A stretch of DNA of 24,000 nucleotides from an uncultured Actinomycetota bacterium (GTDB lineage Bacteria > Actinomycetota > Actinomycetes > Mycobacteriales > Nakamurellaceae): NCBI GenBank assembly GCA_963808365.1, contig CAWEFT010000002.1:375376-399375 (forward strand). Reading direction: 5' to 3'. The notes beneath the pieces were generated by a model. It did not search any database. It worked only from the letters and a program-made list of their open reading frames with translations, and was not told the origin of the DNA. The position numbers and the translations under genes were made by a program. Position 1 is the stretch's first letter. Each line of letters begins with the position of its first letter. Positions 14,669 to 23,497 of the stretch are shown here, piece by piece.

Positions 14669-16591
14669 GTGTCCCACCCGATGATGTATCGGCGCATGTT
14701 CGGCGACGATTCGGTCGTCCACCGCAAATTGCCGCCGGGGATCGTCCGCCGGATCGTGGCTTTCGCCCGTCCGTACCGCCGGGAACTCGTGATGTTCCTG
14801 ATCGTCACGGTGCTCGATGCCGTGATCTCGGTGGTGACGCCCCTGCTGGCCGGCGCTGTGGTGAATCAGATCTCCGGCCACGGCTCCATCCGCACGGTGG
14901 TGACGCTGGCCCTCGTGGGCGCCGCGCTCGCGGTGATCGATACCGGCCTCTCGCTGATTTCCCGGTGGTATTCGTCCCGGATCGGCGAGGGCCTCATCTA
15001 CGACCTGCGCACCCGGGTCTTCGATCACGTCCAACGCATGAGCATCGCGTTCTTCACCCGCACCCAGACCGGCGCCTTGGTCAGCCGCCTGAACAACGAC
15101 GTCATCGGCGCGCAACAGGCCTTCACCTCAACATTGGCCGGCATCGTCTCCAACGTGGTCGGACTGGTCCTCACCGCCGCCGTCATGTTCTCGCTGTCCT
15201 GGCAGGTCACGCTGCTCTCGCTGGTGCTGCTGCCTATCTTCGTCTGGCCCGCCCGCTGGTTCGGCCGGAAACTGCAGGCCCTCACCCGTGAGGCGGCGAA
15301 CCTCAACGCCGCCATGAACAGTCAGACCACCGAGCGGTTCAACGTGGCCGGGGCGCTGCTGGTCGCGCTGTTCGGCCGCCCGGAGCGGGAAGCCACCGCC
15401 TTCTCGGTGCGGGCCGGCCGGGTCCGGGACATCGGCGTCACCACCGCCATGTACGGGCGGGTCTTTCTGGCGGCGCTCACCCTGGTGGCCGCGCTGGCCC
15501 AATCCCTCACCTACGGACTCGGGGGGACGCTGGCCCTCAATGGTCATCTCAACGCCGGTGATGTCGTCGCGCTCGCCCTGCTGTTGGCCCGCCTGTACGG
15601 ACCGCTCACAGCCCTGTCGAACGTGCGGGTCGATGTGATGACTGCCCTGGTCTCCTTCGAGCGGGTCTTCGAAGTGTTGGACCTGGCCCCCTTGGTGGCC
15701 GATCGGCCCGACGCGGTCGCGTTGTCCCCGCGCGCTCGGACCGTCCAGTTCGACGATGTGCATTTCGCGTACCCGTCGGCCGACCAGGTGTCATTGGCGT
15801 CGCTGCAGGACCTGGGGGATCGGCACCAGCCGACCGACCAGGCCATCGCTCCCGACCACGAGGCGCGCAACGTCGTGCTCAAGGGCATCTCGTTCACCGC
15901 CGAGGCCGGGCAGATGGTGGCTCTGGTCGGGCCGTCCGGCGCGGGCAAGACGACCATCTCCCAACTCGTGCCGCGGATCTACGACGCCGACAGCGGAGCG
16001 GTGCGCATCGGGGGGACCGACGTCCGGGACGCAACCGTGCAATCCGTACGCGACGCCATCGGCGTCGTCGCGCAGGACGCGCACCTGTTCCACGACACCA
16101 TCCGGGCCAACCTGATGTACGCCCGGCCGTCGGCGTCCGAGAACGACCTCCGCGATGCCCTGGCGGGGGCGCAGATTCTGCACTTGGTCGACAGCCTGCC
16201 CGACGGACTGGACACGGTGGTGGGGGATCGCGGCTATCGACTGTCCGGTGGGGAGAAGCAGCGGTTGGCGATCGCGCGGGTGCTTCTCAAGGCGCCGGAC
16301 ATCGTCATCCTCGATGAAGCCACCGCTCACCTGGATTCGGAATCGGAGCTGGCGGTGCAGCAGGCCCTCACCACAGCCCTGCAGGGCCGGACCTCATTGG
16401 TCATCGCCCACCGACTGTCGACGGTGCGCCGGGCCGACCAGATCCTGGTGGTGGACGACGGCCGGATCGTCGAGCGCGGCCGGCACGAGGAACTGCTGCT
16501 GGCGGGCGGTCTCTACGCCGAGCTGTACGAGACGCAATTCCAGCCGGGCCGGCCGGTCGGGGCGCCGGCGGCAGGCCCGACCGGGGACTGA
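14669..16591 (+). CDS. ABC transporter, fused permease/ATP-binding protein (type I exporter, MsbA/MdlB-like)
   Basis: The N-terminal six-TM exporter domain ([21 protein letters not shown]...) is followed by an NBD with Walker [10 protein letters not shown], signature LSGGEKQR, Walker [13 protein letters not shown] and H-loop VIAHRL. AAGGAGG (14658..14664) lies 4 nt before GTG 14669. Confidence 0.9.
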   Translation: MSHPMMYRRMFGDDSVVHRKLPPGIVRRIVAFARPYRRELVMFLIVTVLDAVISVVTPLLAGAVVNQISGHGSIRTVVTLALVGAALAVIDTGLSLISRWYSSRIGEGLIYDLRTRVFDHVQRMSIAFFTRTQTGALVSRLNNDVIGAQQAFTSTLAGIVSNVVGLVLTAAVMFSLSWQVTLLSLVLLPIFVWPARWFGRKLQALTREAANLNAAMNSQTTERFNVAGALLVALFGRPEREATAFSVRAGRVRDIGVTTAMYGRVFLAALTLVAALAQSLTYGLGGTLALNGHLNAGDVVALALLLARLYGPLTALSNVRVDVMTALVSFERVFEVLDLAPLVADRPDAVALSPRARTVQFDDVHFAYPSADQVSLASLQDLGDRHQPTDQAIAPDHEARNVVLKGISFTAEAGQMVALVGPSGAGKTTISQLVPRIYDADSGAVRIGGTDVRDATVQSVRDAIGVVAQDAHLFHDTIRANLMYARPSASENDLRDALAGAQILHLVDSLPDGLDTVVGDRGYRLSGGEKQRLAIARVLLKAPDIVILDEATAHLDSESELAVQQALTTALQGRTSLVIAHRLSTVRRADQILVVDDGRIVERGRHEELLLAGGLYAELYETQFQPGRPVGAPAAGPTGD

Positions 16592-16608
16592 CCGAAGCGC
16601 TGGCTACG

Positions 16609-17412
16609 TTGGCGTTCGTGCCCTCCCTCACCGAAGACCTCGACCTGGCGTTGTGGCTGGCCGACGCGGCCGACGCCATCAGCCTCGCCCGCTTCGGCGC
16701 CGCGGACCTTGCTGTCGACGCCAAACCCGACCTGACGCCGGTCAGTGACGCCGATCTGGCCGTGGAGAAGGCGCTGCGCGAGGTGCTGTCCCGGGCCCGG
16801 CCCGCTGATCTGGTGGTGGGTGAAGAGTTCGGCTCCGGGGACCCGGGCGGCACTTCCCGACGCCGATGGGTGATCGACCCGATCGACGGGACCAAGAACT
16901 TCGTCCGCGGTGTCCCGGTGTGGGCCACCCTGATCGCCCTATGCGACGGTGAGCAACCGGTGGTCGGAGTCGTGTCCGCGCCCGCGTTGACCCGACGGTG
17001 GTGGGCGGCGACGGGCAGCGGCGCCTTCGGCCGCTTCGCCGACCATCCGCCCAGGTCCTTGCGGGTCTCCAGCGTGAGCGAGCTGGCCGATTCCTCGGTG
17101 AGTTTTTCGGAGATGGCGGAGTGGCAGCGGCACCGGCAGGGTCAGGCGTTCGGCCGACTCCTGGAGGCGGCCTGGCGCACCCGCGCCTACGGCGACTTCT
17201 ACTCCTACATGCTGGTGGCCGAAGGAGCCGTCGACATCGCGGCGGAACCGGAGTTGAATCTCTGGGACATGGCGGCCCTTGTCCCGATCGTCCGGGAAGC
17301 GGGTGGCAGCTTCACCGATGTCGACGGCAGAGAGTTCACCTGGTCTTCCGCCAACGCTCTGGCCACGAATGGGCGTCTGCACCCCGCGGCGGTGCAGATC
17401 CTGGCAGATTGA
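16609..17412 (+). CDS. hisN: Histidinol-phosphatase, inositol-monophosphatase family (actinobacterial HisN type)
   Basis: [69 protein letters not shown] and [33 protein letters not shown] are collinear by eye with mycobacterial HisN (Rv3137 type). The start is TTG 16609 or GTG 16618. Confidence 0.8.
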   Translation: MAFVPSLTEDLDLALWLADAADAISLARFGAADLAVDAKPDLTPVSDADLAVEKALREVLSRARPADLVVGEEFGSGDPGGTSRRRWVIDPIDGTKNFVRGVPVWATLIALCDGEQPVVGVVSAPALTRRWWAATGSGAFGRFADHPPRSLRVSSVSELADSSVSFSEMAEWQRHRQGQAFGRLLEAAWRTRAYGDFYSYMLVAEGAVDIAAEPELNLWDMAALVPIVREAGGSFTDVDGREFTWSSANALATNGRLHPAAVQILAD

Positions 17413-17481
17413 CGGAACTCGTAGTGACCGTTCGGGCATGTCACGCGCAGATAACTTCGCAGATCCGTAAGGTTTGGTGCT

Positions 17482-18171
17482 GTGATTCACCTGTCCCACG
17501 TGTCGAAGAGTTACAAGACGTCGACCCGTCCTGCGCTCGACGATGTCACGCTGGACGTCGAGAAGGGTGAGTTCGTCTTCCTGATCGGCCCGTCCGGGTC
17601 AGGAAAGTCGACGTTCATGCGGTTGGTGCTCCGCGAGGACATCGCCACCCACGGTGAGGTCACGGTGGCGGGTTCGGACCTGAACAGGATGCGCCAGGCC
17701 AAGGTGCCCGCGCACCGCCGCCGGCTCGGCTGCGTCTTCCAGGACTTCCGGCTGCTCCCGAACAAGACGGTCGAGGAGAACGTCGGATTCGCGCTCGAGG
17801 TCATCGGCCGGAACCGCATCACGGTCAAGAAGATCGTGCCCGAGGTGCTGGAGCTCGTGGGCCTGGAAGGCAAGGCCCGCAGATTCCCGCACGAACTGTC
17901 CGGCGGCGAACAGCAACGCGTCGCCATCGCCCGCGCCTTCGTCAACCGTCCGCTATTGCTGTTGGCCGATGAGCCCACGGGCAACCTCGATCCCGACACC
18001 AGCGCCGACATCATGCTGTTGCTGGAGCGGATCAACCGGACCGGCACCACCGTGCTGATGGCCACTCACGACAATCACATCGTGGATTCCATGCGGCGCC
18101 GCGTCATCGAACTGCAACTCGGCAAGGTCGTCCGCGACGAGTCCCGCGGGGTGTACGGCGTGGGTCGCTGA
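17482..18171 (+). CDS. ftsE: Cell-division ABC transporter ATP-binding protein FtsE
   Basis: [12 protein letters not shown]...[17 protein letters not shown]...[15 protein letters not shown]...[13 protein letters not shown]...ATHD, followed directly by ftsX. Confidence 0.95.
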   Translation: MIHLSHVSKSYKTSTRPALDDVTLDVEKGEFVFLIGPSGSGKSTFMRLVLREDIATHGEVTVAGSDLNRMRQAKVPAHRRRLGCVFQDFRLLPNKTVEENVGFALEVIGRNRITVKKIVPEVLELVGLEGKARRFPHELSGGEQQRVAIARAFVNRPLLLLADEPTGNLDPDTSADIMLLLERINRTGTTVLMATHDNHIVDSMRRRVIELQLGKVVRDESRGVYGVGR

Positions 18172-18254
18172 TCAGGGACGATCGACCCGCACACTGTCAA
18201 TAACGCAGCAATCTGGTTGCACCGGGACATCCCCCGGTGCGGCGAAAGGAACAT

Positions 18255-19157
18255 ATGCGCGCCGGATTCGTCGTCAGCGAAGCCTTCACGGGTATCCGCC
18301 GGAACCTGACCATGACCATCGCGATGGTGCTGACCACTGCGATCTCGCTGTGTCTGCTGGGCGTCGGACTGGTGCTGTCGCGAGAAGCCAGCCACACCCG
18401 CGATCTGTACGAGTCGAAGATCGCGGTCATCGTCCAACTCACGCTGCCCGAGTCGTCGGCCGACCCCAACTGCACGGACGGCGACTGCCAGGCCCTGCTG
18501 AAGTCCCTGCAGTCCAACCCCGAGGTCCAGGACGTCGACTACAACTCGCAGGCCCAGGCGTATCAGCAGTACCAGCAGCAATACGCGGGCCAGCCGGACA
18601 TGTTGGCCATCGCCCGCCCGCAGGCGTTCTCGGCCTACTTCCGGGTGCGGCTGCACGACCCGTCGCATTTCAGCGTCATCGCCAGCCAGTACGGGAAGCA
18701 GGCGGGCGTGAGCCAGGTGAACAGCCAGGCGAACGTGGTGACCAAGCTGATCGATCTGGTCAACAGCGGCCGAAATCTGGCCCTGTTCATCGCGCTCGCT
18801 GCGGCGATCGCCGCCATCCTGCTGATCTCCAACGTGGTCCAGGTGGCCGCGCTCTCGAGGCGCGCCGAGACGAACATCATGCGGCTGGTGGGTGCCTCGC
18901 GATGGCGCACCCAGCTCCCGTTCATGATCGAAGGCGCGATCGGCGGATTGGTCGGCGGCGCCCTGGCCGTGGTCGGCCTGGTGCTGTGCAAGATCTTCTT
19001 CCTGGACAAATTGATCGGCACCATCGTCAGCTCCAACGTCATCTACCCGGTGCAGACGGCCGACATCGTGTGGGCCGGCTATCTGATCCTGCCGATCGGC
19101 GTGGTGCTGTCGCTGATCGCGTCCTACGTCACGCTGCGGCTGTACGTGCGGGTCTGA
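18255..19157 (+). CDS. ftsX: Cell-division permease-like protein FtsX
   Basis: MRAGFVVSEAFTGIRRNLTMTIAMVLTTAISL (typical FtsX N-terminus), then an extracellular domain and C-terminal TM segments with IMRLVGASRWRTQLPFMIEG. ATG 18255 has GAAAGGA upstream. The gene follows ftsE. Confidence 0.9.
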   Translation: MRAGFVVSEAFTGIRRNLTMTIAMVLTTAISLCLLGVGLVLSREASHTRDLYESKIAVIVQLTLPESSADPNCTDGDCQALLKSLQSNPEVQDVDYNSQAQAYQQYQQQYAGQPDMLAIARPQAFSAYFRVRLHDPSHFSVIASQYGKQAGVSQVNSQANVVTKLIDLVNSGRNLALFIALAAAIAAILLISNVVQVAALSRRAETNIMRLVGASRWRTQLPFMIEGAIGGLVGGALAVVGLVLCKIFFLDKLIGTIVSSNVIYPVQTADIVWAGYLILPIGVVLSLIASYVTLRLYVRV

Positions 19158-19239
19158 CGTCGACGCGCTCCGCCTCCGACGGCTGGCCCCCGCGCTCGGC
19201 CCCCAAGCCGGTCGCGCCAATCGGTAGGCTTGATCGGCT

Positions 19240-19758
19240 ATGTCTCCGTCTCTCGACATCAAGAAGGCCGCCCGCCGTGACGCCAAGCGGGCCACCGGCC
19301 GCAGCCTGATCGCGTCCAACCGCAAAGCCCGGCACGACTACACCATCCTGGACACCTTCGAGGCCGGCATCGCCCTGACGGGCACCGAGGTGAAGTCGCT
19401 GCGTGCCGGACGGGCGTCCCTGATCGACGGATACGCGACCCTCACCGAGGACGAGATCTGGCTGCGCGGGATCCACATCGCCGAATACGCCGAGGGCACC
19501 TGGACCAACCACGCGCCGCGCCGGGCCCGCAAGCTGCTGCTGCACCGAGCCGAGATCGACCGAATCGCCAACAAGCTGAACGACGCCGGGACCGCGTTGG
19601 TGCCGCTGTCCCTGTACTTCGTCGAGGGCCGGGTCAAGGTCGAACTGGGTCTGGCCCGGGGCAAGCGGGAGTACGACAAGCGGCAGGCGATGGCCAAGCG
19701 GGACGCCGATCGGGAGATTGCCCAGGCGGCCGGCCGGCGGTTCAAGGGCATCGACTGA
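19240..19758 (+). CDS. smpB: SsrA-binding protein SmpB
   Basis: [32 protein letters not shown]...ASLIDGYA...IHIAEY...[16 protein letters not shown]...[29 protein letters not shown] is the canonical SmpB sequence. It lies immediately upstream of ssrA. Confidence 0.95.
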   Translation: MSPSLDIKKAARRDAKRATGRSLIASNRKARHDYTILDTFEAGIALTGTEVKSLRAGRASLIDGYATLTEDEIWLRGIHIAEYAEGTWTNHAPRRARKLLLHRAEIDRIANKLNDAGTALVPLSLYFVEGRVKVELGLARGKREYDKRQAMAKRDADREIAQAAGRRFKGID

Positions 19759-19857
19759 GCGCTCCGGTTAGTCGGATGCGGGCGGCCGCGGCCTCGCGTA
19801 GACTGGCTCTGCTGTTCATTCCTGGTGGTCGCCTCTGCTTCGGGCGGTCACGGACTC

Positions 19858-20228
19858 GGGGGTGATTGGTCTCGACAGCGACTGTCGAGTGAGGGGAAGC
19901 GGGCCGAGGAAGGCAACGATGATCTCGAAAACCACCCGTTGCAAAAAATCAAGCGCCGACAACAGTCAGCGCGAGTTCGCCCTCGCCGCCTGAGCGAGTA
20001 GCGACTCCGTCAGCCTGAGTTAGCCTCCGCCTCAGGACCTGGCGTCGCTAGGAGGATCACCGCCGATTTCGGTCACGGGATGACGCGGGAAATCAAACAG
20101 TGACTGGGCCTGTCGCACCGGCACGTTCGTATGACCGGTGAGGCCGAGTAGGGACGACGCGAACTGCGCCCGGAGAAGACCTCACAAAGCATCGTTGGAC
20201 GCGGGTTCGATTCCCGCCACCTCCACCA
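19858..20228 (+). ncRNA. ssrA: tmRNA (transfer-messenger RNA)
   Basis: The 5' GGGGGTG (19858..19864) pairs with the 3' CACCTCC, followed by ACCA (to 20228), and includes the G3:U alanine identity pair. The T-arm is GCGGGTTCGATTCCCGC. The internal tag frame encodes ADNSQREFALAA. The overall layout is collinear with mycobacterial ssrA, and the position after smpB is conserved. Confidence 0.95.
19955..19993 (+). other. tmRNA tag-peptide reading frame (resume codon GCC): ADNSQREFALAA-stop
   Basis: GCC GAC AAC AGT CAG CGC GAG TTC GCC CTC GCC GCC TGA. The tag ends in the ALAA degron typical of actinobacterial tags (compare mycobacterial ADSHQRDYALAA). Confidence 0.85.
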
Positions 20229-20233
20229 GCGAG

Positions 20234-20277
20234 AAGGCTGGACCTCAGTAGTTTGGGGTCCAGCCTTACTGCTTTTG
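20234..20277 (+). terminator. Probable intrinsic terminator of ssrA
   Basis: AAGGCTGGACC (20234..20244) and GGTCCAGCCTT (20257..20267) form a perfect 11-bp stem with a 12-nt loop, followed by ACTGCTTTTGG. The T-run is short and offset by 5 nt. Confidence 0.55.
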
Positions 20278-20377
20278 GTGATGGCTGACTGCTGCCACAG
20301 CGCCGCGGCTGCGCGCACTCGCGGTGTCTGTGAAGCGTGGTGGCGCTATATCGCCGCCTGCCGCCACCGACGGACGT

Positions 20378-20971
20378 TCAACCGACTGACCACCCGCGCA
20401 TGGCGGCCATCAACACCGCCTCGAATGTCTCCAGCCCGGCGTCGCTGCTGACGTCCACATCGCAGTCCAGGTTTAGTGTGACCAAGCCGTGGACCGTCGA
20501 CCAGGCGGACAAGGCGACAAGTTCCGGCGGGCCGGCCAGTTTGCCAACCGAAATGGCCCGCGCAACGGCCCGGTTCAGCGGTTCGATGGTCGAGCGCGCC
20601 CGCTCGAACTGTTCCGCCGTCGGCTGGAAGCCGGCCAAAGCTCCGCCGAAGATCACCTGGTACAGGTGCGGATGACTGAGCGCCCACTCGCGGTAGGCCC
20701 GGCCCAATTCGAGGAGGTCGGTCATCGGATCGTCGGTGATCGGAACCGCGCGCTGGCCGTCGCCGAAGCTCCGGTTTGCGGCGTCGAACAAGGCTCCGAG
20801 CAGTCCCGCCTTGCCCCCGAAGAGCGAGTAGATGGCCGACGTCGAGGTGGCCTCGGAGGCCGCCAGCGTACGCAGTGAGAGACCGACGACTCCCACACTG
20901 CCGACGATTCTCGCGGTCCGGTCGAGCAGCCGGTCCCGCAGCTCCGCATCGTGAATTTTCGGTCTTGCCAC
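20378..20971 (-). CDS. TetR/AcrR-family transcriptional regulator
   Basis: The N-terminal HTH LRDRLLDRTARIVGSVGVVGLSLRTLAASEATSTSAIYSLFGGKAGLL fits the TetR_N pattern. The protein is 197 aa and transcribed divergently from a DUF4188 gene. GTG start 20971. Confidence 0.9.
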   Translation of the reverse strand: MARPKIHDAELRDRLLDRTARIVGSVGVVGLSLRTLAASEATSTSAIYSLFGGKAGLLGALFDAANRSFGDGQRAVPITDDPMTDLLELGRAYREWALSHPHLYQVIFGGALAGFQPTAEQFERARSTIEPLNRAVARAISVGKLAGPPELVALSAWSTVHGLVTLNLDCDVDVSSDAGLETFEAVLMAAMRGWSVG

Positions 20972-20986
20972 CCACGGAACCTATCA

Positions 20987-21010
20987 TTACAGTGTTTTCA
21001 AACAGCGTTA
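20987..21010. promoter_or_regulatory. Imperfect palindrome TTACAGTGTTTT/CAAACAGCGTTA in the 38-bp TetR/DUF4188 divergent intergenic region (candidate TetR operator)
   Basis: 16 of 24 positions are self-complementary about the centre. It is an AT-rich patch that abuts the DUF4188 ATG (21010). Confidence 0.35.
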
Positions 21011-21516
21011 TGAAAAGAGCGAGGGTGGCTGCGGTGAGCGAGACGATCTACCCAGGGCGTTTCTGCGGACAGTTTCCGGAGGGTGCGGGAGCGGTCTTCC
21101 TGATCGGCGCACGGGTCAACACCCTGCGTGGGCTGCGGCGAAGCGGCCCGGTTTTCAGCGCCATGCCGCGGATGCTCAAGCATCTGTCCGTCCACCCGGA
21201 GGCCGGTCTGCTCGGTTTCGCCAACTGGTTCGGACGTACGACGATGCTCGTCTCGTACTGGCGGTCGGCGGAGGACGTGCAGCGCTTCGCCTCCGACCCC
21301 AGCGCACCGCACGCCGAGGCCTGGCGGCGTTTCGTCCGGCGGATCGGCAATAGCGGCGACATCGGCGTGTGGCACGAGTTGTATTCGGTCACGCCGGGCA
21401 GTTACGAGTCCGTGTACCTGAACATGCCGGAGTTCGGGCTCGGGGCGGCCGGACGGCATGTTGCCGTCACCGACGGTCTGCGCACCTCGAAGCAGCGTAT
21501 GGCCTCCGTCGGCTGA
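21010..21516 (+). CDS. DUF4188 domain-containing protein
   Basis: GAVFLIGARVNTLRGL, AMPRMLKHL, GLLGFANWFGRTTMLVSYWRSAEDVQRFA, HAEAWRRF, GDIGVWHELYSV and YESVYLNMPEFGLG follow the DUF4188 pattern as I recall it. The family is usually paired with a divergent TetR. ATG 21010; the longer ORF-track start overlaps the TetR gene. Confidence 0.8.
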   Translation: MKRARVAAVSETIYPGRFCGQFPEGAGAVFLIGARVNTLRGLRRSGPVFSAMPRMLKHLSVHPEAGLLGFANWFGRTTMLVSYWRSAEDVQRFASDPSAPHAEAWRRFVRRIGNSGDIGVWHELYSVTPGSYESVYLNMPEFGLGAAGRHVAVTDGLRTSKQRMASVG

Positions 21517-21517
21517 G

Positions 21518-22357
21518 TCAGATCCGCTCCGCGACGGCGCTGACCAGACGGTCAGGGGATCCGGGTGCCAGCCACAGGAACAGCGAAGGCTCGATGAGCT
21601 CGACCTCCATGACCATCGGACGGTCGGCTCCGCCCACCAGGTCTACCCGCGCGTAAGCCAGGTTGTTGTCAGGATCCAGAGTCTTGAGGGCCTGGGCGGC
21701 GATATCACGGTCCGAATCGGCCGCAATGATCGAGTGACTCTCGCCGCCGTACTGTTCCTGCACCCGGAAGTCACCATTGGCCGGTCGTTTGACGACGGCA
21801 TGGGAATAGGTGCCGCCAAAGAACAGCAGCGAGCGTTCGCCGTCGGCGACATCGGGCAGAAACGGTTGGACGAGCACGTCGACGCCCGTGGAAAGCTGGC
21901 GGAGGTGTTCCGCGGCGTCCTCGGACTCGTTGACGAAACGGCCGACCCCACGGGCTCCGGCGGAGACGGCGGGCTTGACGATCACTTCGGGAGCCCCCGC
22001 GTCGGGCAGTGCGACGCCGCTGCCGCGTCGGATGAGCCAGGTCGGCACGGTGGGCACCCCTGCGGTCGCCAGGTCGACGAGGTAGACCTTATGAGCGTTC
22101 TGCCGGACAACCTCCGGGGCGTTGAGGACTGGCATCGGCAAGTGGGTGAGCGTGTCGAGGAAGTCGTCAAGACGGTGCGTGTAGTCCCAGGTGGAGCGGA
22201 TCAACGCCGCGTCGGCGCCGCAGCGGGGAAGCGCCGGGTCATCCCAGGCCATGACGGTGGAGTCGAAGCCACGCGCCGCGAACGCCTGCTCGATCAACGG
22301 CATCTCGTTGTCGGGAACGGGCAAGGACCGGGATGTCAGCAGCGCGATCTTGGGCAC
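21518..22357 (-). CDS. ATP-grasp domain protein (RimK/glutathione-synthetase-like ligase), substrate unknown
   Basis: MPKIALLTSRSLP...AALIRSTWDYTHRLDDFLDTL...VLNAPEVVRQNAHKVYLVDLATAGVPTVPT...VIVKPAVSAGARG...VLVQPFLP...GERSLLFFGGTYSHAV...NGDFRVQEQYGG...YARVDLV...MVMEVELIEPSLF shows an ATP-grasp fold pattern. GTG start 22357. Confidence 0.8.
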   Translation of the reverse strand: MPKIALLTSRSLPVPDNEMPLIEQAFAARGFDSTVMAWDDPALPRCGADAALIRSTWDYTHRLDDFLDTLTHLPMPVLNAPEVVRQNAHKVYLVDLATAGVPTVPTWLIRRGSGVALPDAGAPEVIVKPAVSAGARGVGRFVNESEDAAEHLRQLSTGVDVLVQPFLPDVADGERSLLFFGGTYSHAVVKRPANGDFRVQEQYGGESHSIIAADSDRDIAAQALKTLDPDNNLAYARVDLVGGADRPMVMEVELIEPSLFLWLAPGSPDRLVSAVAERI

Positions 22358-22420
22358 CTGCGGATGCTTTCATATCGGAGCAGGGCAGATTGACCTCCGC
22401 CGGAGGGGTTGGACCTGACG

Positions 22421-23497
22421 TCAGCCGTTGGGCGATACCAAGACCGTGCGGTATTCATGAACCTGGACGGCTTGCGTGGCCTGCGGCGACCGGATGTCGA
22501 TGGGAACCTCCGCGCCGGGAGTTGCGCCGTTGACCGTCCAGGTCACCTGCCAGTTCGCCACGGCGGTGATGGTCCAGGTGTTGCGCCCGTGGGTGCGGTC
22601 AGCGGTGGAGCGCCAGATGAACATGTAGCCGCAGGGCGGATTCGAGCCGTCGTACGGGGTGGGTGGGGCGACGCCGGGGCCTGGGCAAGTACAAGTGGTG
22701 TAGCTGCCGTGGTCGGACGGGACGGTTTGCCCGTTGACGTAACACCGGTTGTCGGACATCGCGGACTGGTTCTGATCGCTGGGGTCTTTGATCATCTCGT
22801 CGGTGGACCACGTCACCGATTTCAATGACGCGGTCGCCACAACGTCGATGCCAGGTACGGCCGCCTCGGCCGTCACATCGGCCGGCCTGCCGCCGGACAA
22901 GTAGAGAAACACCGGAATCTTGACGGCAATCGAATTCGGGTTGGGCCCGATCTTGATAGAAACGTCAGGGGCATGGAGCTGGCTGGTTGCCATATTGACG
23001 ACGTCGGCTTCGGTGACTACAGGCGCCGGCGCAGTCGTGCCGTTCGGGAACCACTGAGTCGTATAGGTAAATGTCACGCCACCGACGCCGTTGGCGGACG
23101 TCTGATATTGGCAGACCACTTCCGCAAGCGTTCCCGCAGATGGGTCGTAGCCCTGTGAGATAGCGTCATCGTTGCTCTCCACGATGGGAGCACAGTTCAC
23201 TGGAACGCTCAACTCTGGTCCGGAAATCGCGTCAAGTGGATCAAGGGGCTGGCCGTCCCCGCTGGTAGATCCTTCCTCGCTTGAGCCTGTCGCCGATTGA
23301 GACGAGGACGCCACAATGGTGGCTGTCAAGCCGTCACCTATGGCACCAGCCTGCTGACCGCTCCCCGGCGTCGGCCCTGACGGTGGCGTGTGGCCGGCTC
23401 CGAGCCCGTTCGCCATAGGAGAAGGGTCAACGAAACAGAAGGCCGTGATTACGATCAGTATGACTCCAAGTATTCGCCATCGACTGAGATTTAGCAT
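22421..23497 (-). CDS. Hypothetical membrane-anchored/exported protein: N-terminal TM segment, Ser/Gly/Thr/Pro-rich linker, Cys-containing beta-rich ectodomain
   Basis: MLNLSRWRILGVILIVITAFCFV is a signal-anchor. It is followed by a low-complexity linker (GLGAGHTPPSGPTPGSGQQAG...SSSQSATGSSEEGSTSGDG). The ectodomain has 6 Cys (VNCAP, VVCQY, NRCYV, TCTCPG, PPCGY) and a Trp/Thr-rich C-terminus (TWTITAVANWQVTWTVNG). Codon usage is atypical (ATG CTA AAT CTC AGT CGA TGG CGA ATA CTT GGA GTC ATA ...). The start overlaps the upstream stop by 7 nt (ATGCTAA). Confidence 0.7.
   Translation of the reverse strand: MLNLSRWRILGVILIVITAFCFVDPSPMANGLGAGHTPPSGPTPGSGQQAGAIGDGLTATIVASSSQSATGSSEEGSTSGDGQPLDPLDAISGPELSVPVNCAPIVESNDDAISQGYDPSAGTLAEVVCQYQTSANGVGGVTFTYTTQWFPNGTTAPAPVVTEADVVNMATSQLHAPDVSIKIGPNPNSIAVKIPVFLYLSGGRPADVTAEAAVPGIDVVATASLKSVTWSTDEMIKDPSDQNQSAMSDNRCYVNGQTVPSDHGSYTTCTCPGPGVAPPTPYDGSNPPCGYMFIWRSTADRTHGRNTWTITAVANWQVTWTVNGATPGAEVPIDIRSPQATQAVQVHEYRTVLVSPNG

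Noticed and set aside
20073-20318. 81-aa ORF on the minus strand overlapping ssrA
   Set aside because: It lies antisense to the tmRNA and its terminator, and the product is low complexity. This is an artefact of the structured RNA gene.
22416-22423. TGACGTCA (CRE/CRP-half-site-like palindrome) at the stop codon of the exported-protein gene
   Set aside because: It is only 8 bp, overlaps the stop codon, and lacks a second half-site at CRP-type spacing. It is most likely fortuitous.
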